The notes under the pieces: generated by a model
The model's input: the letters and a program-made list of their open reading frames with translations, nothing else
The model's database searches: none
Told to the model about the DNA's origin: nothing
Assembly: GCA_965240325.2 (NCBI GenBank)
Contig: OZ251245.1
Span: 558,001-622,000, forward strand
DNA from: Rebecca billardiae RCC1528
Lineage: Eukaryota > Protista > Haptophyta
Length of the DNA stretch: 64,000 bases
Reading direction: 5' to 3'
Translations under genes and position numbers: made by a program
Shown: one piece after another, positions 1 through 10,700 of the stretch
Position numbering within the stretch: position 1 is the first letter of the stretch
Layout: every line of letters begins with the position of its first letter

Positions 1-3000
1 TCAGCGCCGCCGCCGCCGCATTCGCGGCATTATTCGTGCCAGGCGCCGCCGGCTCTGACCTCGGCCTGCCTGGGTGCGCGGGGCCCAGCGCGGGGGACTG
101 CCTGCGCACAAACGGGTTGGCCGTGCGCAGCCGCCCCTGCTCGCGCCGCGCGGTCGCGCTGGCGGCGGCGCTCGCCCGCTCCGAGACGGCGTTCGCCCTC
201 GGCCCGCGCGGCAGCGCAGCGCTGGCCGCGTGCGAGCACGCTGCGGCGCTCGCGCCAGCCGCTCGCGGCACGCCGAGCGGGGCGGCGATCGGCGCGCGCT
301 CGCGTGCCCGCTCGGCCGCGCGCTCCGCGTGGGCTGACGCGGGCACGCCGCCGGCCACCGCCGCGTCCGGTGCGCCTGGCTCGGCGGCGGGCTGGGCCAG
401 GCCACCCTGGGCGTGCGCCGCGCTGTCCCGCCTGCCCTGCGCACCACCGTCGTCGTCTGCAACGGCGCTCGCGCCCGCGGCCGCGGCCTCGTCCGCGCGC
501 CGCGCGTGCTGCGGCCGCTGCGCGCCGTCGCGCGCGTCGAGAGGCGCGTCGCGCGGCGCGGCGTGTAGCCGCGGCTGCGCGTGCTGCCGGCCGTGCGCAG
601 CAAAGCCCGCGGCGAGCAGCGCGGCCTGCGCCGCGTCCAGCTCGGAGGCGGTGAGCAGCACCACGGCCTCCGCGCCCGCCGCCCCGCGCGCGCCGCCCGC
701 GCCCGGCTCCGACTCGACGCGCGCGCGCTTGGCGGGCGGCAGCGGCGCGGGCGCGTGGTGCGCGGTCGAGCCGAGCGCCGGCCGGCACGCGCCGCTCGCG
801 CCGCCCGCCTCGGCGCCGCCGCCGGCCGCCGCCGCCGCGGCGGCGCGCACCGCGGCCGCGTGCTCGTGCGCGCAGTAGGGCGGCCGCACGGCCATGTTGA
901 CGCGCGCGCGCCAGCCGCTGCTCGCGCCCGCCGCGGCGGTCGGCGGGCGCGCGGGCGGTGGTGCGCGGAAGAGCGGAGCAGGGGCCGCGGGCGCGGTGCG
1001 CGCGCGCTCGGCGCACGCAGCGGCGGGCTCGAGGCCCGGGTCCCGGCCGTGCTGCTGCTGCGGCGGCTGCGGGCGCAGAGCCGGTTGAAGCGGCGGTGGC
1101 GGCGGCGGCGGCGAGAGCGCAGGCTGCTGCTGCGGCTGCTGCGCGCCAGAGCCCGCGGCCGCGGCGGCCGCTTCTCCCGGAGCGCTGCGCGCCACGGCCG
1201 CCGCGCCCTCCCCGCCCGGCCGCGGGCAGGCTGCCCCGCCGCCCACGCCGTGCGGCGGCCGCGCGGCGTGGCCCCCGCCGCGCGCCGCCGCCGCCGCGTG
1301 CGGCGCGTGGCGGTGCTGCCCCGCGCCCCCCGCGCCGAGCGGCTGCAGCTGCTGCAGCTGCTGCAGCTGCTGCAGCCGCTCGGCCAGCGCGTCCGCCAGC
1401 TCGGTCGCCAGCACGCACACGCACGCGCGCACCGTGGGAAGCTCGGCGCGCGTCGCCGGGATGCTCGGCTCGCGCGCCGCGCGCGCCGCCGCGCGCGGCT
1501 CTCGCGCGCGCGCCCACTCCAGCACCGCGCCCTCGAGCGGGCTGAAGCCGCGCAGGCTCTCGTCCGCGGGCGTGCTCAGCCGCACGCACGCCGCCACCGC
1601 CGCCGCCACCGCCGCCGCCGCCGCCGCCGCCGAGCGGCCCTCGGCCGCGGCGGCGGGCTCGGCGGGCGCGGCGGTGAGCTCGACCAGCTGGCGCGCGCGC
1701 GCGCAGAGCATCCGCGCCGCGCCGACCGGCAGCCACGCCAGCCGCGGCCGCGGCGGGTGCGCCGCCGCCAGCTCGGCGGCGCTGGCGGGCTCGCACAGCC
1801 AAGCCAGGAGCACGCGCGCAAGGCCGAGCGCGCGCAGCTGCGGGCACGCGGCCGCGTCGGAGGCGGCGGCGGCGGCGGGCGGCGCGCTGAGCAGCGCGGG
1901 GAGCAGCGCGCACGCCGCGCGCGCGGCCCACTCGTGTGAGAGCTTCGTCGCGGCCTCCACCTCCTCGCCCCCCGCGCCGCCCGCGCTGTTGAGCCGGTCG
2001 CCTGCGAGCGCGCAGCAGTAGGCGCAGCACAGCAGCACCTCCTCCGCCTCCTGCGCGCCTAGCCCGCCCTGCGCGCCGTCCGCCGCGGCGGCGGCCATGC
2101 TGTCGCACGCGGCGATGAGGAGCGCGCGCGCCGAGGCCGGCTCCGCGCGCGACGCCGCCTTCACCGCCGCGTGCTGCTCCTCGCGCACCGCGCTCGCGCT
2201 GTCCTCGCGCCGCGCGCGCGCGATGCCGCCGCCGAGCGGCGCGGGCGCGCCCGCGCCCGCGCCCGCCTCGGGCGCGCACGCGGCGTGGACGCGCGCGAAC
2301 GCCTCGAAGAAGGACGCGTGCCACGCCGGCGGCGCGGGGCCCTTGCCCTCGGGCGACGCGCCCGAAGGCGCGCGCCCGCCGCCGCGCCCGCCGCCGCGCC
2401 CGCCGCCGCGCGCGCCGCCGCCCGCGCCGCCGCGCGCCGCCGGCTGCGGGCTCGGCGCGCCGCCCGCGCGGCCGGGCGGCTTGCTCGCGCGCTGCTGCTG
2501 CAGCTGCAGCCCCTCGGCGAGCTTGGTGCAGAGCAGGTTGTCCAGGTTGCCGTGCGCGATCGCGAACGGGCTCGCGCACGCCAGCGCGCGCACGTACCCC
2601 GCCGCCGCGCGCGGGTACGCCTTGCCGTTCGCCGCGAGCACCGCCAGCTGGTTGTGCGCCCAGCCCACGCGCGGCTCGGCGCGCACCGCGGCCTCGTAGT
2701 GCGAGCGCGCGGCGGCGAGCCCGGCGGGCTTGGCGGGCTTGCGCGCGACGTGGACCGCCATGTACCGCTCGATGTCGCCGAGGTACACGCGGCACCGGTG
2801 CGTCAGCTGCGCGTGCGCGCGCGCCGCGCGCGCGGCGGCGTGCGCGTCGCCGCGCGCGCCGCGCGCCGCGCGCCGAGCGGGCGGCGCGTGCGCGCGCGCT
2901 GGCGGCGAGGCGGCGTCGCCGAGCGCGCGCTCGTCACTCGAGCCCGCCTGCAAGCCGTACTCCCCCGCCGCCTCCTCCGCCCCCGCCGCGCACACCGCGC

Positions 3001-3412
3001 GCAGCAGCTCGGCGTAGAAGGCGCGGCCGCTGCAGAGCAGCCGCTCGAGCGAGCGCACCGTGTCTGCCAGGCGCGCATTGTACGCGGCGGCGTCGGCCGG
3101 CCGGTCCCTGGCCTGGCTCGCTTGGTAGGCGAGCGCGGCGAGGCGGTCGCGGTGCGCCACGAACGGCCGATACACCACCACGGTCCACAGCTCGTGCTCC
3201 ACGTCGAGCCACGTCGAGAGGCCGCGCTCCGAGCAGAGCTCCGCAAACACGCCGCGCGCGGAATCGCACGCGGCCTGCCGCGCGTCGTCGAAGTCGTCGT
3301 CGAAGACGGCGGCCTCGCCGGTCCTCGCAATCGCACGCAGGCGCTCGAGCTGGCGGCGCAGCACGGCGACATCGCCCGGCGGCGGCTCCGACCAGCCCGG
3401 GCTGCCCATCAT
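1..3412 (-). CDS. EST1/SMG5-6-7 family protein (14-3-3-like TPR / Est1 domain; NMD or telomerase factor), 3' end runs off the window
   Basis: The minus-strand frame from ATG ATG at 3412 is absent from the ORF track, consistent with no in-window stop. It reads EHELWTVVVYRPF...HRCRVYLGDIERY...ARSHYEAAVRAEPRVGWAHNQLAVLA...YVRALACASPFAIAHGNLDNL, matching the Est1 motifs (LGDLxRY, GxxxNQLAVL, YxRSLxxxxPFxxAxxNL). A low-complexity Ala/Pro/Gln C-terminal region follows. Confidence 0.85.
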   Translation of the reverse strand, partial: MMGSPGWSEPPPGDVAVLRRQLERLRAIARTGEAAVFDDDFDDARQAACDSARGVFAELCSERGLSTWLDVEHELWTVVVYRPFVAHRDRLAALAYQASQARDRPADAAAYNARLADTVRSLERLLCSGRAFYAELLRAVCAAGAEEAAGEYGLQAGSSDERALGDAASPPARAHAPPARRAARGARGDAHAAARAARAHAQLTHRCRVYLGDIERYMAVHVARKPAKPAGLAAARSHYEAAVRAEPRVGWAHNQLAVLAANGKAYPRAAAGYVRALACASPFAIAHGNLDNLLCTKLAEGLQLQQQRASKPPGRAGGAPSPQPAARGGAGGGARGGGRGGGRGGGRAPSGASPEGKGPAPPAWHASFFEAFARVHAACAPEAGAGAGAPAPLGGGIARARREDSASAVREEQHAAVKAASRAEPASARALLIAACDSMAAAAADGAQGGLGAQEAEEVLLCCAYCCALAGDRLNSAGGAGGEEVEAATKLSHEWAARAACALLPALLSAPPAAAAASDAAACPQLRALGLARVLLAWLCEPASAAELAAAHPPRPRLAWLPVGAARMLCARARQLVELTAAPAEPAAAAEGRSAAAAAAAVAAAVAACVRLSTPADESLRGFSPLEGAVLEWARAREPRAAARAAREPSIPATRAELPTVRACVCVLATELADALAERLQQLQQLQQLQPLGAGGAGQHRHAPHAAAAARGGGHAARPPHGVGGGAACPRPGGEGAAAVARSAPGEAAAAAAGSGAQQPQQQPALSPPPPPPPLQPALRPQPPQQQHGRDPGLEPAAACAERARTAPAAPAPLFRAPPPARPPTAAAGASSGWRARVNMAVRPPYCAHEHAAAVRAAAAAAAGGGAEAGGASGACRPALGSTAHHAPAPLPPAKRARVESEPGAGGARGAAGAEAVVLLTASELDAAQAALLAAGFAAHGRQHAQPRLHAAPRDAPLDARDGAQRPQHARRADEAAAAGASAVADDDGGAQGRRDSAAHAQGGLAQPAAEPGAPDAAVAGGVPASAHAERAAERARERAPIAAPLGVPRAAGASAAACSHAASAALPRGPRANAVSERASAAASATARREQGRLRTANPFVRRQSPALGPAHPGRPRSEPAAPGTNNAANAAAAAL

Positions 3413-3616
3413 GGGGGCGTCGAGCACCGACACCGTGAGAACCGCGGCGACTCGCAGGGACGGGGCAACTGGCCAGTCAAAAGTACAGTAGTCCGGGCGC
3501 GGGCCGGGGGGGCGGAGCGAGTAGCGACCGGACTACTCCCTACAGCCGCTGAGCCGGGAGGGCGTCATCGCCACATCGTCTTCGCCACGGCACCGTCGAT
3601 CGAGCGCGCGGCATCC

Positions 3617-4233
3617 ATGCTCCTCGGTAGGCGCTCGATCCGTCTGGCTGCGCCGCTCACGCTGCTCAGCTGCTGCCGTGCATCGGCGCGTCTGCAGCAC
3701 ACCGGCGCGGCGCTGCTTGCACGCTCCGCGCACGGCCGCCATCATGACGTGGCGATGCGCTCTGCGCTCCTCACGCGCCTGCGCGGGGGCAACATGACGA
3801 CGGACGCGGGCGCCGAGGCGGGCAAGCCGATCGTCATTGAGACTCTCGACGACTTCGAGACGGCGCTGCAGGATGCCGATGACAAGCTTGTGGTCGTCGA
3901 CTTCACGGCGACGTGGTGCGCGCGCGCGCGCGCACGGCGCGCAGGGCCGCACACGCGCGCGTGCAGCTCACCCGTGCTCGCGCCTGTGCTCGGCGCGGTG
4001 ACAGGTGTGGCCCGTGCAAGATGATCGCGCCCGTGTTCGACGCGATCGCCGCCGAGTACGCGGGCAAGGTCGTCTGCCTCAAGGTGGACGTCGACGAGAA
4101 CCAGGAGACAGCGGCAGACTGCGGCATCCGCGCCATGCCCACCTTCCAGTTCTACAAGGGCGGCGCTCGGCTCGCCGAGTTTGCCGGCGCGGACGGGGCG
4201 AAGCTGCAACAGCTGGTGAAGGAGCACGCCTGA
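3617..4233 (+). CDS. TRX: Thioredoxin (WCGPC) with an N-terminal targeting extension; 2 exons
   Basis: Removing GT-AG intron 3916-4004, which splits the Trp codon, gives [20 protein letters not shown]...VCLKVDVDEN...IRAMPTFQFYKGG. The ~60-aa Arg/Ala/Leu-rich leader ends in TRLRGG. Confidence 0.95.
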
Positions 4234-4740
4234 GCGCGCGGCGGGGGGGCACGGGCCCGCTTCTTTGTCGGCCACCGTGGGCACCACGGGCACCTGAGGC
4301 ACCACCGCGCCGGCACAAGTCGGTCCGATGATGCTCACAGTCTGCACATCGCTGGCGCTGCGCGGGCTTTGCCACGCCGGCGAGCCCTGCCCCGTGTCAC
4401 TGTCAGAGGCCGTCGGAAGGCGTCGCCGAACGGCCGGACACGGACCGTCACCCGCCCGGGACTAGAATTTATTACTCTCGATCAGTCTCTCTGCCTCTGG
4501 CCGTGCTGAGCCACCACTCCACAGAGGGGGGTGCCCGGTGCATCGGCTGATTATTCCTGATCGAGCCGTTGTCGATACTCGATCGGTCCGACGAAGGATA
4601 TGGGTAGTGCACCGGTATGTATTAGGTGTTACGGTTACTTATTGATAGGACCATCAACAACCCGAGCCGGTTATCATAAGCAAGTTGCCAGTTGGTTGAA
4701 GGTCTCGCACGGAGGCGGCGCACGAGCACCCGCGCGGATC

Positions 4741-7700
4741 ATGGGCGTACTCGCCCTCGGCGCTGGGCTGCTGGCCCTCTTCGCCCCGGCGTTGCACCCG
4801 GGCGCGCTCGCGGGTTTCGGTGCATCCGCGAACCTGCCGACGCAGATCAGCGCTGGCAACGACCACACATGTGCCGTCTTCGCGGATGGCCAGATCAAAT
4901 GGTGCGCGGCTGCGCCGCGCCGTGAGCTCGGTCTCTGTGGCCGCGCTGATCCCCTGCGCGCGCGCGCCGCCCACCGTGTGCCGCCGGCGCGCGCAGCTGG
5001 GGCTATAACAACGCGGGCCGGCTGGGTACAGACGACACCGAGACCCGCGGTGACGACACCAACGAGCTCGGCGCAGCCCTCCCCTACATCAACCTGCCGA
5101 CGGCGACCACGGCCACCTTCGTGAGCGGGGGAGATGCGCACTCGTGCGCAGTGCTGTCGGACTCGACCGTCAGATGGTGTGCATGGCGGCGCGGGCCGGG
5201 TCGCGCGTGTGCCCTCCCCGCCCGCCTCACGCCCGCGCCCCCGCCCCCGCGCCGCGGCCCCCCGTGCCTGTCCTCAGCTGGGGCGACAACTCGTACGGCC
5301 AGCTGGGGACAGGCGACACCACCAAGGCGGGCGATGGGTCTGGCCGGCTGATGGGCAATACGCTGCCCGCCGTCAGCCTGGGCGGCGGCGCCGTGCCGAT
5401 GCAGGTCAAGTGCGGCGCCAGCCACACGTGCGCCCTCACGACCATCAGCTCGGTGCTCGGCGTCCAGTGCTGGGGCCGCGCGAGCAGCGGGCAGCTCGGC
5501 AGCGGCAGCGCCACCACCGAGTACACACCCGGCGGCCACCTCGACTTCGGGAGCGGGCTGACGATCAGCGCATGGGACGTGCATATTGGCAACCACGGCT
5601 GCGTGTTCTTCACCACGCAGCAGATCAAGTGGTGCGGGCACGGCGCCCTGGCGTCGCGCGCCGCGCAGTCGGCACGCGGCCGCTCCGCCCGCGCCGCGCC
5701 CTCACGCATGCACGCATCCGCCCCCTGCCCGACGCTGTGCGTTCAGCTGGGGCTCGAACAACAAGGGCCAGCTGGGCATTGGGGACGTGCTGGACAGGGG
5801 CTCGGGCGTCGGCGAGATGGGAGACAGCCTGCCCTTCGCCCCCACGGGGGGCACGCCGCTGGCGGTGGCGGTTGGATTCCAACACACCTGCGCGCGCCGC
5901 GCCGACGACACACTCGTCTGCTGGGGTCACATTAACAAGGGTGCCCTTGGCGCCGGCGACTTGGACGATCGTTCAGACCCGGCTGCATCCGCGGGCACCA
6001 GCCTGGGCGCGGGCGTCTCGCCGAGCACGCTGGCGCTTGGTGAGAGCAACACCTGCGCTGTGCTCGCAGACGGCGATCTCAAATGGTGCGTGCGCACCGC
6101 GTGCGCTCCTGCCGTGCCCGGCCGCGCGCCCTCGGCGTGTGCGGGTGCAGGCGGCCACCGCGCGCGCCCGGGCGCTGCGCGGCGGCACCGGAACGCGCGC
6201 TGAGCGCCCGCGCGCCGCGCCCCTCCTTCCCACCCGCCTCTCCCCGCGCGCAGCTGGGGCCTTGCCGACAACGGCGAGAACGGTGCCGGCGACGGCAACC
6301 ACCGTGGCGACAATGCCGGCGAGATGGGCGACGCGCTCAAGCCGCTCCAGCTGGGTACGGGGCGCACCGTGCAGCAGGTCACCTTCGGCGGGCAGCACGG
6401 CTGCGCCTTCCTCGACAATGGCGGCATCAAGTGGTGCGAACGCCGTGCACGCGGCAGCCGGGCGCGCCGTGCGGCCCTGCTGACGGCTGAAGCGCGACGA
6501 TGCCCTCCCGCCCCTCCCGCGCCGCTCGCCGCGCCGCCCGCCCGCGCCGCCCGCCGCCCGCTGCCCGCCCACGCGCGCGCACAGCTGGGGAAGCTCGGGC
6601 GTCGGCCAGCTCGGGTACGGCGACTACGTGAAGCGAGGGTTGGCTGGGACAATGGGGGACATTCTGCCCGTGATCGGGCTGCCCCCGCCCATCTCGCCCT
6701 CCCCGCCGAAGCCGCCGCCCTCGCCTCCGCCCAGCCCGCCGCCGAGCCCGCCGCCGAGCCCGCCGCCGTCGCCGCCTCCGAGCCCACTGCCACCTTCTCC
6801 GCCGCCTTCGCCGCCACCCTCCCCGCCTCCGAGCCCGCCCCCGAGCCCGCCGCCAAGCCCGCCGCCAAGCCCGCCGCCGAGCCCGCCACCCTCACCGCCG
6901 CCAAGCCCACCTCCGTCGCCGCCACCAAGCCCGCCGCCCTCGCCGCCGCCCTCGCCGCCGCCTCCGAGCGCGCCTCCGTCCCCGCCACCGAGCCCGCCAC
7001 CGAGCCCGCCGCCCTCATCGCCGCCCTCACCGCCGCCCAGCCCGCCACCCAGCCCGCCACCCAGCCCGCCGCCACCCAGCCCACCGCCGAGCCCGCCCCC
7101 TTCGCCGCCTCCGAGCCCGCCACCCAGCCCGCCACCCAGCCCGCCGCCGCCCAGCCCGCCGCCGAGCCCGCCGCCATCGCCACCTCCAAGCCCGCCGCCA
7201 CCTTTCCCGCCGCCTTCGCCGCCACCCTCTCCGCCTCCGAGCCCGCCGCCGAGCCCGCCCCCGAGCCGGCCGCCAAGCCCACCTCCGAGCCCACCGCCCT
7301 TGCCGCCACCAAGCCCACCTCCGTCGCCGCCACCAAGCCCGCCGCCCTCTCCTCCGCCCAGCCCACCGCCCAGCCCGCCTCCGCCCTCGCCTCCGCCGAG
7401 CCCGCCGCCCTCACCGCCCCCTTCACCACCGCCGAGTCCGCCGCCCTCACCGCCGCCAAGCCCGCCGCCGAGCCCCCCACCCAGCCCGCCACCGTCGCCA
7501 CCACCGAGCCCTCCGCCGAGCCCGCCGCCAAGCCCGCCACCACCGAGCCCGCCACCGAGCCCGCCCCCTTCGCCACCGCCCTCGCCACCGCCCTCCCCGC
7601 CGCCCTCGCCGCCGCCCAGCCCACCACCATCGCCTCCGCCGAGCCCGCCGCCGCCCAGCCCGCCGCCGAGTCCGCCGCCCTCGCCACCGCCGAGTCCACC

Positions 7701-10700
7701 GCCCTCCCCGCCTCCCAGCCCGCCGCCCAGCCCGCCGCCCGCCCCGCCGCCCAGCCCACCGCCGTCGCCGCCGCCCAGCCCGCCACCGAGTCCGCCACCG
7801 AGCCCACCACCGCCCTCGCCACCGCCCTCGCCACCGCCTTCGCCCCCACCGTCGCCGCCACCAAGCCCGCCACCATCGCCGCCGCCGAGCCCGCCGCCGA
7901 GCCCGCCGCCGAGCCCGCCACCTCCAAGCCCGCCGCCCTCGCCGCCGCCCTCGCCGCCGCCAAGCCCACCGCCGAGTCCACCACCTTCACCGCCACCGAG
8001 CCCGCCGCCCTCGCCGCCGCCGAGCCCGCCGCCGCCGAGCCCGCCGCCCAGCCCGCCGCCATCGCCGCCACCCAGCCCGCCGCCCTCGCCGCCGCCCTCG
8101 CCGCCACCGAGCCCGCCGCCAAGTCCACCGCCGAGTCCACCGCCGCCCTCGCCACCGCCCAGCCCACCGCCTTCGCCCCCACCGTCGCCGCCACCAAGCC
8201 CGCCACCATCGCCGCCACCGAGCCCGCCGCCGAGCCCGCCGCCGAGCCCGCCACCCTCACCGCCGCCAAGCCCGCCCCCGAGCCCGCCACCCTCACCGCC
8301 ACCCTCGCCTCCCCCGAGCCTGCCGCCCTCGCCGCCGCCCTCGCCGCCGCCTCCAAGCCCGCCGCCCTCGCCGCCGCCCTCGCCGCCACCAAGCCCACCG
8401 CCGAGTCCGCCGCCCTCGCCGCCACCGAGCCCGCCGCCTTCGCCGCCGCCGAGCCCGCCGCCGCCCAGCCCGCCGCCCAGCCCGCCGCCCTCGCCGCCAC
8501 CGAGCCCGCCGCCCTCGCCGCCGCCCTCGCCGCCACCGAGCCCGCCGCCGAGTCCACCGCCGAGTCCACCGCCGCCCTCGCCACCGCCCAGCCCGCCGCC
8601 CTCGCCCCCACCGTCGCCGCCACCAAGCCCGCCACCATCGCCGCCGCCGAGCCCACCGCCGAGCCCGCCGCCGAGCCCGCCACCGTCGCCACCACCGAGC
8701 CCTCCGCCGAGCCCGCCGCCAAGCCCGCCACCACCGAGCCCGCCACCGAGCCCGCCCCCTTCGCCACCGCCCTCGCCACCGCCCTCCCCGCCGCCCTCGC
8801 CGCCGCCCAGCCCACCACCATCGCCTCCGCCGAGCCCGCCGCCGCCCAGCCCGCCGCCGAGTCCGCCGCCCTCGCCACCGCCGAGTCCACCGCCCTCCCC
8901 GCCTCCCAGCCCGCCGCCCAGCCCGCCGCCCGCCCCGCCGCCCAGCCCACCGCCGTCGCCGCCGCCCAGCCCGCCACCGAGTCCGCCACCGAGCCCACCA
9001 CCGCCCTCGCCCCCGCCCTCGCCACCGCCGAGCCCGCCACCGAGCCCGCCACCGAGCCCGCCACCCTCGCCTCCCCCGAGCCCGCCGCCCTCGCCACCGC
9101 CCTCGCCGCCGCCTCCAAGCCCGCCGCCATCGCCGCCGCCATCGCCGCCGCCGAGCCCACCGCCGAGTCCGCCACCCTCACCGCCACCGAGCCCGCCGCC
9201 CTCGCCCCCGCCCTTGCCACCACCGTCGCCACCGCCGAGTCCGCCGCCATCGCCGCCGCCGAGCCCGCCGCCGCCGAGCCCACCGCCCAGCCCGCCGCCG
9301 TCGCCGCCGCCCAGCCCACCGCCAAGCCCGCCGCCTTTGCCGCCACCGAGCCCGCCGCCAAGCCCGCCGCCAAGCCCGCCGCCAAGCCCGCCGCCAAGCC
9401 CGCCGCCCTCGCCCCCACCCTCGCCACCACCAAGCCCGCCACCATCGCCGCCGCCACGCCCACCACCCAGCCCGCCACCGCCCACTCCTCCTCCTTCGCC
9501 TCCACCCTCACCGCCGCCCTCGCCACCACCACTACCGCCGCCAAGCCCACCACCAAGCCCGCCACCCTCGCCACCACCCTCGCCTCCGCCACCGAGCCCA
9601 CCACCTTCGCCGCCGCCCTCGCCGCCGCCGAGCCCGCCTCCTTCGCCGCCACCCAGTCCGCCGCCCTCGCCGCCGCCGAGCCCGCCTCCTTCGCCACCAC
9701 CCAGTCCGCCACCTTCGCCGCCGCCGAGCCCGCCTCCTTCGCCACCACCCAGCCCGCCGCCCTCGCCGCCGCCGAGCCCGCCGCCGAGCCCACCGCCGAG
9801 CCCTCCACCGCCGAGCCCGCCGCCGAGCCCGCCGCCCTCGCCTCCCCCCAGCCCGCCGCCGAGCCCTCCACCACCGAGCCCACCACCCTCGCCGCCGCCC
9901 TCACCACCCCCGTCTCCACCGCCGAGCCCACCGCCCTCGCCCCCGCCGAGCCCGCCGCCTTCGCCCCCGCCGTCGCCTCCTCCACCAAGCCCGCCCCCCT
10001 CGCCGCCTCCGTCGCCGCCGCCGAGCCCGCCGCCGAGCCCGCCGCCGAGCCCGCCACCGTCGCCACCGCCGTCGCCACCGCCAAGTCCGCCGCCGCCATC
10101 GCCACCACCCTCGCCCCCGCCAAGCCCACCACCAAGCCCGCCGCCCAGCCCGCCGCCATCGCCGCCGCCGAGCCCACCGCCAAGCCCGCCGCCCTCGCCG
10201 CCGCCACCGAGCCCTCCGCCATCGCCGCCTCCATCGCCACCCCCGACCCCGCCTCCATCGCCACCACCGAGCCCGCCGCCTTCACCACCCCCGAGCCCGC
10301 CGCCCAGCCCACCGCCATCACCGCCGCCCAGGCCGCCGCCCAGCCCGCCCCCACCATCACCGCCGCCCTCGCCACCACCGAGCCCGCCGCCGAGTCCGCC
10401 GCCCTCGCCGCCGCCCTCGCCGCCGCCGTCTCCACCTCCGAGCCCGCCGCCAAGTCCGCCGCCGCCCTCTCCGCCGCCCTCGCCCCCGCCATCGCCTCCG
10501 CCAAGCCCACCGCCTTCACCGCCGCCGTCTCCCCCGCCGAGCCCACCGCCTTCGCCCCCGCCCAGCCCACCGCCGTCACCGCCGCCGTCGCCGCCGCCAA
10601 GCCCTCCGCCGTCACCGCCACCACCGAGCCCACCGCCATCGCCGCCGCCGAGCCCGCCGCCGAGCCCACCACCGAGCCCGCCACCATCACCACCACCGAG

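Noticed and set aside
30-2795. 921-aa Arg/Ala-rich ORF and the many similar long R/A/G/P-rich ORFs in the window
   Set aside because: Off-frame or antisense products of very high GC content, with no domain motifs.
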